This document shows, piece after piece, positions 24,544 to 32,000 of a stretch of 32,000 bases of DNA. Positions within the stretch are counted from its first letter, which is position 1, and each line of letters opens with the position of its first letter. This DNA comes from Candidatus Omnitrophota bacterium (lineage in GTDB: Bacteria; Omnitrophota; Gorgyraeia; 2-01-FULL-45-10): the NCBI GenBank assembly GCA_023818895.1, contig JAMWCX010000001.1, forward strand, positions 569,789-601,788, read 5' to 3'. The notes under the pieces were generated by a model. It saw only the letters and a list, made by a program, of their open reading frames with translations. It made no database searches and was not told the origin of the DNA. Made by a program: the position numbers and the translations under genes.

Positions 24544-25502
24544 GAAATTATAGTTTTTCGTGAAATAATTCGTGACTTGCAGCTTTTAAACCAGCCTGCA
24601 AAAGTCGCCGCATCTATAAAAATCATCAAAAGCAAACCCAGCCCCAAATAAGCCGGCATATGAGTAGCCCGTAGATAAGACTCCCGCCGGTTTCCAAATA
24701 TCTTCTTCGCTATCCTTATCAAAAGACCGCCGACTAACACCGCGTAGAATATTGGCGACACAAAAATTCCCAAACCGATAAGAACAATCGCACCCATATA
24801 CATCACAAGCACAGGCACATGCCAGTTCCATATTCTTCCGGCATTGGCGTTATGGAAAGAATATGTAGAAAACCTATTCCATACGTCCTTAAAGTCTTTA
24901 GGAATATCCCAGGTAATTATCGCTGAAGGACAATATCTAACCTTAAAGTTGGCCTCGTCTATCTTCATCATGAAGGCCCTGTCCTCCCCGGCCCTCTCAT
25001 CCGGAAAGCCGCCAACCGCCTGCCATACCGATCTTCGCATAAGCGAAGAGGCGATCGAGCGCTTCCGCATCCATTTACCATCCACCATCACCTGCGGCTG
25101 CATCATAACGAGCGCCAGGCATTCTTTAAAAATCGTATCTGCCCGCGGGGCATAATGTCCGTATACAACATCCGCTGATGCTATCTCCATCTCCTCTGCC
25201 AGATTTTTAAGCCAGTCTTTGTCGAGCTCGATTCCGCCGTCCGTGAAAGCGATAATATCGCCCGATGCCTTCTCCACACCGATGTTTCTGGCCTTCCCCG
25301 GATAAGCAGATTCCGCCAAGATTATCAGCCTATTGTGCCTTCCCTCTTCGGCATCTTTGAGAAAGCTTACCGTAGCATCGGCCGATCCCGCATCGACAAA
25401 TATGCATTCGTCGGGACGACGTGTCTGTGCATCTATCGACCTCAAAAGCCTCCCAACGCTATTTTCCTCATCCTTTAAAGGCACGACCAGCGATATCTTC
25501 AA
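24540..25502 (-). CDS. GT2 glycosyltransferase with C-terminal transmembrane helices
   Basis: TTG at 25502 has a GGAGA Shine-Dalgarno sequence 6 nt upstream. Motifs are ISLVVPLKDEENSV, IFVDAGSADAT, FTDGG and GEDRAF. Three or more hydrophobic helices occupy the last 90 or so residues. Confidence 0.8.
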   Translation of the reverse strand: MKISLVVPLKDEENSVGRLLRSIDAQTRRPDECIFVDAGSADATVSFLKDAEEGRHNRLIILAESAYPGKARNIGVEKASGDIIAFTDGGIELDKDWLKNLAEEMEIASADVVYGHYAPRADTIFKECLALVMMQPQVMVDGKWMRKRSIASSLMRRSVWQAVGGFPDERAGEDRAFMMKIDEANFKVRYCPSAIITWDIPKDFKDVWNRFSTYSFHNANAGRIWNWHVPVLVMYMGAIVLIGLGIFVSPIFYAVLVGGLLIRIAKKIFGNRRESYLRATHMPAYLGLGLLLMIFIDAATFAGWFKSCKSRIISRKTIIS

Positions 25503-25512
25503 GCTGTCTCCA

Positions 25513-26832
25513 TCAGGACATAAAACATTTATTACAAAGGTCTATCTTGCCGCTCACCATAGCTTTGCGGAATTTCCTGTAGCGCTTAGAGTTCCATACC
25601 TTACCTATTGCTCCATTGTCAAGGCGCAGCCCCTTCAAAAGAGTCCCGTCAAAATCTATACAGCATGGCGTAAGATTCCCATTACTCATTATGGCTACAG
25701 ACCTATAAGGCCATCCGCACAAACTTTTCTTTTTTTCTATGGAGACCTTTTTCTTCTCTTTGCCGAAAGCAAGCCCGCCGTCGGTCGGTGCCAGCGCCGA
25801 GCCGGCCTCATCGCCAAGGTTGGTGAACTCATAAAAATAGCCCTTGAAGAGTATTCGGTCTGCCCCCAGTTCTTCCCTGAATTTCTTATATGAGTCAATC
25901 TGGCCTTCTGTATACTTGGTAACTACCATCTGCATCACTATCTCAGGTCTTACAAGAGCTCTTTCCTTTTTGGCCTTTGCGAGGTTTCTAACAAAATTAC
26001 ATACCTTGTCGAAATCGCCGCCTTGTCTGAAACTCTCATACGCCGAACTGTCTGTCCCATCCACAGAGATGCTTATCAAGTCGATATCGGTCTCGAGGAG
26101 CTTTGAGGCGATTTCAGTTCCCTCAGCGAAGCTTCCGTTTGTATGCAGCTCTATCCTCGTATAAGGGCCTGAGACATCACGCAGAGTTTTAAGAAAGCTG
26201 AATATTTTCTTGTTAAGAAGCGGCTCACCAAAAAGGAATGGATAGATAGCATCAACGTATCTAAAATAACTCCTGTTCTTATCTATTATCGTATCAAAGA
26301 CGCTTTCGGACAACAGCATAGCCGGCCTTGTAAGCTGGCTTAAGCCTGTAGGGCATGCTCTGCATTTTAAATTACAGACAGAGGCTGTCTCGATATAAAA
26401 TTCCGAGGGCCGTCCGATCCCTATAGACAGTTTGAGTTTTTTCGAAAGCTGTATAAGGAGTTTATTTATAAAATACGGCGCTTTCTTAAATATCAGGCCG
26501 ATAAACCCAATACGTCCAATCTCAGCGACAGAACCTTTCCCGGAAACATCTACCAAAAACAATTTTTTGTACTTAAGATGACTGGCAAGGATAATCGTAT
26601 TTAAACTGAAGCCGTGGTCAACTACAATCGCATCGAATTTCCTTCCCTTAAGCCCTGCAATACCTCCCTGCTCTATAACCTCAACGCCGAAATCGTATGC
26701 CTTCGCTATGCCTGGTGTGTTTTTGGTAATAAGTGTAATATGGCTATATGGCAGATATTTCTTCACAGCCTCAAGAGACGTGTAAATCCATGAATAATTT
26801 GATATGAGCGCTATATCTTTTACCTTATTCAT
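25513..26832 (-). CDS. Radical SAM enzyme with a SPASM/twitch-like C-terminal Cys-rich domain and an N-terminal extension of about 140 aa
   Basis: Cluster motif ETASVCNLKCRACPTG (CxxxCxxC), then FGEPLLN. The C-terminal cysteines are CGWPYRSVAIMSNGNLTPCC and CNKCF. The start is in an ATGA overlap. Confidence 0.8.
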   Translation of the reverse strand: MNKVKDIALISNYSWIYTSLEAVKKYLPYSHITLITKNTPGIAKAYDFGVEVIEQGGIAGLKGRKFDAIVVDHGFSLNTIILASHLKYKKLFLVDVSGKGSVAEIGRIGFIGLIFKKAPYFINKLLIQLSKKLKLSIGIGRPSEFYIETASVCNLKCRACPTGLSQLTRPAMLLSESVFDTIIDKNRSYFRYVDAIYPFLFGEPLLNKKIFSFLKTLRDVSGPYTRIELHTNGSFAEGTEIASKLLETDIDLISISVDGTDSSAYESFRQGGDFDKVCNFVRNLAKAKKERALVRPEIVMQMVVTKYTEGQIDSYKKFREELGADRILFKGYFYEFTNLGDEAGSALAPTDGGLAFGKEKKKVSIEKKKSLCGWPYRSVAIMSNGNLTPCCIDFDGTLLKGLRLDNGAIGKVWNSKRYRKFRKAMVSGKIDLCNKCFMS

Positions 26833-28316
26833 GCCGGAACATTGTCCTTCTTAAAAAATTCGGCCATAAAACTAAAAAGGCTTCTAATCTCCTCTTTCGT
26901 CACCGAAAGGAAAATCCAACCAAGCAAAACAGCAATCTTGATTAAAAAAGCAAGTAAGTCACCATCCGGTATAGCCAATAATAAAGCGAGAACTGCTAAA
27001 CTCAACACAAGGCTCCTTATATTATGTTTAGTAAATGAAAAACCTGTATCAAGATGGAAATATGCTGCCTGAGCTACGACAAATAATATATTCGTCAGGG
27101 CTATCGCTATATTGAAACTCCTGAAATCCACAAACGGAATAATTCTCAAGACGAAATAGGAGCCAAGAAGCGCTACATTGTACCCTATAGTCTGTATCCA
27201 TATAATACCATCGAACTTTTTCCGCGCGATTAACGAGGTATTAAACATGTAGAAAAGCACAAAGAATATGTCACCAATAGCCTGTATGGCTAAAAGATCG
27301 TAGGCCTTCATAAATTCGCTGGAGAAAAGTATGAGGATCATATATCTTCTGAATATTATGCATAAAGCCGCTATGGCAGTGGAAGCGAATATCGCAAACC
27401 GAGCAAACTCGTTCAAAGAGCGATTTACATCCTTTTTTTCACCTAAGGCGCACATCTCGGGATAGAAATGGCCCCAGAGGGCATTGGTGACAAAAGGAAG
27501 ATAATATGCGCTTAAAGCATACGCTACCTGAAAGAAACCGTTCGCCTCTATGCCGTATTGTTTCAGGAAAAGGCCTCGTATAAAAAGCATGACGAGCATT
27601 GTTACGTTCCCCGGTAGGAAAGACATCACGCTGTACTTAAAAAGCTCAACTGAAGCCGCTCTTGCTTCTCTTCCTCTAAGAAGCGAAAAATTATATCCTG
27701 GCACAAACGAAAGCCGCTTCCTCAAAAAATATAGCGAGAAAAGAAAGCTTAAAAGACCAAGCGTTATTATCTGAACGAATATGCCATCCAGCCCAAAGAA
27801 ATAAACCGAAACGACAAGAATCGCAAGGCCGACTGCTGTATACAATATGGTGAGTTTCGTATAATCAGCTATCTTGCCAAATGCATAGAATATCGGGGTG
27901 GCCATCCCTAGAAGATACACTGCAAAAGGAGTTGTAAGCGCGATCCCAACAAAATACGGCCAGTATTTGGCGTCGGCGAACACAAACTTTGTGAGCGGAA
28001 CGGTAAATGGCAAAACGGCTACTATAAAAAGCATCGCCGCTATGAACTGAAAGGTATTGGCGCTATCAGTCACCAAAGGAAGAGAGGCCCTGTCATTTTT
28101 TGCCAGTCTCTCAGACACGCCTTTTGTGACTCCCATAGCTATATTAAGAGAGCAAAGCTGCACGGCAAAGACTGAAAACATCTGGGCCTGACCGGCAAGG
28201 CCTATGCCTATAGGCCCAAGCTGCCAGGCAAGGAACTTGGCGCGTATCAAGCCAGCGAATATCTTGATCAGAGTCGCCACACCCATCACAGATGTTATTT
28301 TAAGTATCTTCTTCAT
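26829..28316 (-). CDS. wzx: Wzx-type oligosaccharide/polysaccharide flippase (MOP superfamily)
   Basis: 495 aa with about 12-14 TM helices. The N-terminus (KITSVMGVATLIKIFAGLIRAKFLAWQLGPIGIGLAGQ) is typical of polysaccharide-biosynthesis flippases. The start is in an ATGA overlap. Confidence 0.75.
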   Translation of the reverse strand: MKKILKITSVMGVATLIKIFAGLIRAKFLAWQLGPIGIGLAGQAQMFSVFAVQLCSLNIAMGVTKGVSERLAKNDRASLPLVTDSANTFQFIAAMLFIVAVLPFTVPLTKFVFADAKYWPYFVGIALTTPFAVYLLGMATPIFYAFGKIADYTKLTILYTAVGLAILVVSVYFFGLDGIFVQIITLGLLSFLFSLYFLRKRLSFVPGYNFSLLRGREARAASVELFKYSVMSFLPGNVTMLVMLFIRGLFLKQYGIEANGFFQVAYALSAYYLPFVTNALWGHFYPEMCALGEKKDVNRSLNEFARFAIFASTAIAALCIIFRRYMILILFSSEFMKAYDLLAIQAIGDIFFVLFYMFNTSLIARKKFDGIIWIQTIGYNVALLGSYFVLRIIPFVDFRSFNIAIALTNILFVVAQAAYFHLDTGFSFTKHNIRSLVLSLAVLALLLAIPDGDLLAFLIKIAVLLGWIFLSVTKEEIRSLFSFMAEFFKKDNVPA

Positions 28317-29626
28317 AATATGCCGATAAGCTCATCATATATCTTCTTTTCATTCTCAATAGAATACCTTCTGGGATAACGCGATTCGGCATACCGCCTG
28401 CAGTATGCCCGCATATCATTACGCAGAGACTCATTAGTCAGTATGGCAATCGCCTTTCTGGCAAGTTCATCAATATCACGAAACGGCACAATATAACCCA
28501 TCTTACCGTTTTCGATAAATTCCGGATGCCAGTCGAAATCATAGGCCACAATAGGCGTTGAAGCAAGCGCCGCTTCCAAAAGCGTAACGCCTCCATGCGG
28601 AGCCAGAAGCACATCTGCGGTGTAGAAAAGGTCTGTAAGCTCATCGTTGTTTCGGCTGCCAAGGAAAAGCACGCTATCGCCAAGGCCCATAAAATTCGCG
28701 GTCGTCTTTAACTCTTCTTTCATAGGACCGTCCCCCGCCATAACTAACACGGCGTTAGAAACAGCCTTCTTAACTAACGCCATTGCCCGGATGGCGTCTT
28801 CGGGATATTTCACGGGATGCAGTCTTCCCACATAAAACAGGGCCTTTTTACCTTCTATCCCCAGTTCTTTTCTTCGGTCTTTTCTTGAAGAGACCGCCGC
28901 ATAGTGCCTTTCGGCAACACGCACGCCGAAGGCTCTGTATTTCCCGGTACATGAGAAAGGAAAATAGGGGGAATTCCTGTAAAGATTCCTGTCGGCCATA
29001 ATCAAATTGGCGGCTCTCATAATAATCCTTTCGAAAAACCTCTCCAGGCCTCTGGAAAAGAATATCGGAGAAGACGTCTTGCCCAGCCCTTTATACTTCA
29101 TATCAAAATCCGAATTTAGATGAAGCACATACGGCAGTCTGAAAAGCCTCGCCATGATAAGGGCATTCAAACCCAAAAGATGCGGGTCATGCGATTTCAC
29201 AAAAGTTATATTAGAGCGCCATATAGTCCCGAAGGCTATACCAAGAGCCTTTAGCTCCACAAGCAGCATGCTGACCCTACAAAATCCAGCCTTATAGATC
29301 GCATTATCAGGGTGGGCAGCCAAGCTATGGAAGAACACCCTTTCATTCAAGATTTCAAATCTGTCATGCCCATTTGCGTAATCAAAATATATATAGTGGT
29401 CCTCATTAATGTAATCATCGAGGAAAAGATCCTCGAACATGCCGTCGTATTTATTGCTTATAAGATCGCATATAGCAAACGAAAAACGATTTACAGGCAT
29501 ACCTGGTTTAAAGCGCCTTTTGCCCAGAAGAGCCGACACTCCCATTACCGCCAATACACAGACGGCAAAGAGAATGGCAAACACGAAAAATGCTGCTATA
29601 TCCAATGCTTTTATTAATGTCTTCAT
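28313..29626 (-). CDS. GT4-family (GT-B) glycosyltransferase with an N-terminal membrane anchor
   Basis: It has an N-terminal TM helix (AAFFVFAILFAVCVLAVMGV). The C-terminal half has LFYVGRLHPVKY, VMAGDGP and APHGGVTLLEAALASTPIVAYD, the Glycos_transf_1 signature. Confidence 0.8.
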   Translation of the reverse strand: MKTLIKALDIAAFFVFAILFAVCVLAVMGVSALLGKRRFKPGMPVNRFSFAICDLISNKYDGMFEDLFLDDYINEDHYIYFDYANGHDRFEILNERVFFHSLAAHPDNAIYKAGFCRVSMLLVELKALGIAFGTIWRSNITFVKSHDPHLLGLNALIMARLFRLPYVLHLNSDFDMKYKGLGKTSSPIFFSRGLERFFERIIMRAANLIMADRNLYRNSPYFPFSCTGKYRAFGVRVAERHYAAVSSRKDRRKELGIEGKKALFYVGRLHPVKYPEDAIRAMALVKKAVSNAVLVMAGDGPMKEELKTTANFMGLGDSVLFLGSRNNDELTDLFYTADVLLAPHGGVTLLEAALASTPIVAYDFDWHPEFIENGKMGYIVPFRDIDELARKAIAILTNESLRNDMRAYCRRYAESRYPRRYSIENEKKIYDELIGIL

Positions 29627-30943
29627 CTATTGCCTACGAGCGCATAGCGACTCCAATATACAAGCCAGCTGGGCCGCCCTATTCCTCCTGGTGAGCCTGA
29701 TTATCTCCTCCGGATTACTTCTGCACTCAGTCGTTCCTCTGAGGATGTATTCCTCATATAATTGCAAAATAGCGTCTTTTAATTCGGTTTCATTTTCGGC
29801 GATCACACCGCTTTTGGTTCTTCTTATAAGATCCGCTACTATACCGCTTTTAGCCGCCATGGCCAGTATAGGCCTACCTGAGCCTATGTAGTCATAAAGC
29901 TTCGCTGAATACCATCCTTCCCCGCCTTCTCCCCGCCACTGGATAAAAAGAAGCGCGTCGGAAGATCTCTGTATCTCTAATGATCTTTCGTAAGAGACCA
30001 TGCCGGATTCCTTAACAATATCATGCAAACCGAAAGATTGCGATAGCTTCTCCACATCAGGTTTATCATAACCGAATACACACAAATAAAGTTCTATTTT
30101 CCGCCTATCGATCTTCCCATGCGCAACTAAATCAGCGACCGCTTTGAAAAAAGGCTCAAGCGGCTGATGATCTTTATGAAGTTTGCCGGTATAACTTATT
30201 GTAAACTTAGCATTTTTAGAAAAACCTATTCGCCCGAAATCCTCTTCGTCAAAACCATTTTCTATCACGCTGACCACGCCCCTATTATCTCTAAGCGACT
30301 TCTTAAGCCGCTCAGCCCAAGGCTCAGAGACCGTGATAACGGAATCGGCATCCTTCAAGATGCTCTTCTCCATTATTCTCAAAGCGGCTTTTTTTATAAA
30401 TGACCTGGGCCTGAAATGGTCCTCTGCCCAAAGATCGCGAAGATCAGCTACCCATGGCATTCCGGAAAGCGTTTTCAGTTTTCGCGCGACAAGATGGGCA
30501 GTTTCGGGTGGAGATGTGCTGAATATCACATCAACGCGCTCCTGCTCAATTATCCTCTTACCCTCCTCCAAGGCAAGAGAGTACCAGCCTATTTGGTCAT
30601 CAGGCATAGTCACCATTTCTCGCACAAACGAAACTCTTTTGGCCGGCTTTTTAGGACGCAAGTATGTCTTAAGCTCGCTATCGTCAGCGGTTGTAATTCT
30701 TGACACGATGCGCTTGAGGCTTCCTATAACATCCTTATAATCGGTCCTGAAAACCTTGGTTCCGTTGAGCGCGTATTCCGATTCCGCATCACCGGCCAAA
30801 GGCTTGCCCGCCTTAACGGTTAAAACAAGAGGACTCCACCCATACTCGGGCAGAAACTTCGCGAATTTGAAAGCCCTCATCGTTCCAACGCCTTCCATAG
30901 GAGGCCATGCGTAAGATATCATCAACACTTTTTTTACGCTCAT
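29627..30943 (-). CDS. GT4-like (GT-B) glycosyltransferase
   Basis: The N-terminus KVLMISYAWPPMEGVGTMRAFKFAKFLPEYGWSPLVLT is typical of a GT4 subfamily. The C-terminal SAKLYDYIGSGRPILAMA is a nucleotide-sugar binding half. Confidence 0.75.
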   Translation of the reverse strand: MSVKKVLMISYAWPPMEGVGTMRAFKFAKFLPEYGWSPLVLTVKAGKPLAGDAESEYALNGTKVFRTDYKDVIGSLKRIVSRITTADDSELKTYLRPKKPAKRVSFVREMVTMPDDQIGWYSLALEEGKRIIEQERVDVIFSTSPPETAHLVARKLKTLSGMPWVADLRDLWAEDHFRPRSFIKKAALRIMEKSILKDADSVITVSEPWAERLKKSLRDNRGVVSVIENGFDEEDFGRIGFSKNAKFTISYTGKLHKDHQPLEPFFKAVADLVAHGKIDRRKIELYLCVFGYDKPDVEKLSQSFGLHDIVKESGMVSYERSLEIQRSSDALLFIQWRGEGGEGWYSAKLYDYIGSGRPILAMAAKSGIVADLIRRTKSGVIAENETELKDAILQLYEEYILRGTTECRSNPEEIIRLTRRNRAAQLACILESLCARRQ

Positions 30944-30947
30944 AGAC

Positions 30948-31982
30948 CTAGATCAACACCCCTTTATTATCTGGACATACTCTGCATGGACCGGGAAGCT
31001 TTTCGGCGTCTGATGAGAGGAAGACGTTCCTCATGCGCCTGAAAAAAGCATTATTCCAAATCTCTTCATCGCGGTAGTTTCCATTGCCTTCCATATTTAA
31101 CAGCATCATAGAGCAACTGGAGATATTGCCATCCCCGTCAAACCGAACCTGCGAGAAGTGTGAAACGCACTTATTTTGACGCAACGTCTTATCTATAAGC
31201 GGCGGCAATGTGAATTTTCTCCGTACCAAAGGCGGATATGCGTTCATGATAGATCTAATTTCCCTTCTTATCTTTGGGTCGGCCATGAGAGAGCGCTCTT
31301 CAGCGGTCAGCCCTTCAACGGGACATGGCAGAAAATTACATAAGAAGGTATGGTCGACGCCCAGATTCAGGCTCGTTTGGATCATGTCTGGTATGTACTT
31401 ATAATTTTGCCTATCTACTATGAAAGACAACTTAACTTTAAGTGGCGAATTGCGCCTATTCCTCTCATCTACCAAATTCTTAATAGCTCGGTATATCTTG
31501 GCATAATAATTTTCATCCATACCTGTCATTCTATTGAATTCTTTAGCGTTATGGCCATTTATACTTATTGTTATCCCGTCTAATTTAGAATTTAAGATAT
31601 TGTCGAGATTATCCTCTATTGTAGTGCCGTTCGAGAAGGTCTTAACCGTCATATGACGCATCGCGGCATAGTCGACCATCTTAAAGAAGTTCTTATTAAG
31701 CATAGGTTCGCCGGAACCTATTATTTGCACATTCAACGCATTTTCAAAACGGTCTATGATCTCCTTGAACATGGCAAAATCCATGTCCCTGGTAGTCGTC
31801 TGGGCATGCTCGTAATCAGCTGGCACTCGTTTCGAGTGAGTTGGACACATATCGCACGAAAACGTGCAGCGTGAAGTCGCGACTATCGAGATGGTAACGG
31901 GATCATAGTCGAGAATCTCTTTCCGCGCTGACATTCTATACTTTAGGTAGTTGAACTTTTGCGAAAAGGTTAGATCTCGCAT
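30948..31982 (-). CDS. Radical SAM enzyme with a SPASM/twitch-like C-terminal domain
   Basis: The ORF track starts at TTG 31985; an ATG follows immediately at 31982. Cluster motif ATSRCTFSCDMCPT (CxxxCxxC), then GSGEPMLN. The C-terminal cysteines are CVSHFSQVRFDGDGNISSCS and PGPCRVCPDN. Confidence 0.8.
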   Translation of the reverse strand: MRDLTFSQKFNYLKYRMSARKEILDYDPVTISIVATSRCTFSCDMCPTHSKRVPADYEHAQTTTRDMDFAMFKEIIDRFENALNVQIIGSGEPMLNKNFFKMVDYAAMRHMTVKTFSNGTTIEDNLDNILNSKLDGITISINGHNAKEFNRMTGMDENYYAKIYRAIKNLVDERNRRNSPLKVKLSFIVDRQNYKYIPDMIQTSLNLGVDHTFLCNFLPCPVEGLTAEERSLMADPKIRREIRSIMNAYPPLVRRKFTLPPLIDKTLRQNKCVSHFSQVRFDGDGNISSCSMMLLNMEGNGNYRDEEIWNNAFFRRMRNVFLSSDAEKLPGPCRVCPDNKGVLI

Positions 31983-32000
31983 CAATACGCCCGCTATGTC

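Noticed and set aside
3740-25502. Non-ATG starts (GTG at 3740, 4560 and 18214; TTG at 25502) as possible misannotations
   Set aside because: Each is preceded by a good purine-rich Shine-Dalgarno sequence (GAGGAGG, AAGAGGG, GAAGG, GGAGA). Each also yields a family-typical N-terminus, so they are accepted as real starts rather than flagged as anomalies.
7882-28683. Short nested minus-strand ORFs in alternative frames (7882-8079, 13230-13466, 23690-23902, 24586-24831, 28438-28683)
   Set aside because: Each lies out of frame inside a longer gene whose frame carries clear family motifs. They have no independent start context or motif.
1-32000. Sulfotransferase, HisH/HisF-like glutamine amidotransferase pair, initiating phosphoglycosyltransferase
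   Set aside because: I searched all long ORF translations by eye for PAPS-binding (PKxGTT-like, RxxxxRxxS-like), class I GATase and PglC/WbaP/WecA-like signatures and found none. The absence is reported in the findings. By-eye screening cannot exclude divergent families.
1-32000. CRISPR arrays, tRNA/rRNA genes, IS elements, integrases, prophage or defence-system genes
   Set aside because: I saw no spaced direct repeats, no terminal inverted repeats and no transposase, integrase or nuclease-like ORFs. Coding density leaves only two gaps of about 100 nt, and both are explained by promoters.

Overview
The window is one continuous surface-glycan (LPS O-antigen, capsule or S-layer-glycan type) biosynthesis locus. 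All credible genes (about 29) lie on the minus strand. Most are separated by fewer than 15 nt or overlap at their start and stop codons (ATGA, GTGA, TAATG, TGATG). Only two real intergenic gaps exist (7646-7756 and 19710-19792), and each contains a sigma70-like promoter.

In transcription order (right to left) the locus encodes:
- two radical-SAM/SPASM enzymes
- two GT4 glycosyltransferases
- a Wzx-type flippase
- a GT2 coupled to a polytopic membrane protein
- a 903-aa fusion of a B12-binding radical SAM domain to a GT4 domain
- a WbpA/B/D/E-like cassette for a 2,3-diamino (di-N-acetyl) hexuronic acid
- an ArnC/ArnE-F/ArnT-like polyprenyl-phosphate-sugar module
- a C-N hydrolase (nitrilase-superfamily) domain fused in line with a WbuX/PseA/WbpG-type N-acetyl-sugar amidotransferase, interrupted by a single -1 frameshift
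- a stand-alone B12-binding radical SAM enzyme

After the 7.7 kb promoter come:
- a methyltransferase
- a GbsR/MarR regulator
- a bifunctional APS-kinase/ATP-sulfurylase (PAPS synthase) and CysQ
- a legionaminic-acid-type nonulosonic acid module (LegB-like, LegC-like, methyltransferase, PglD/NeuD-like acetyltransferase, and the 5' end of a NeuB-family synthase that I found by hand at 1-155)

I saw no tRNA, rRNA, CRISPR array, transposase, integrase or defence genes. I also saw no sulfotransferase, initiating phosphoglycosyltransferase or HisH/HisF-like partner.

The most unusual content is the two domain fusions, the density of four radical SAM enzymes, and a PAPS supply module with no visible sulfotransferase. 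All functional calls rest on motifs read by eye. No database search was run.
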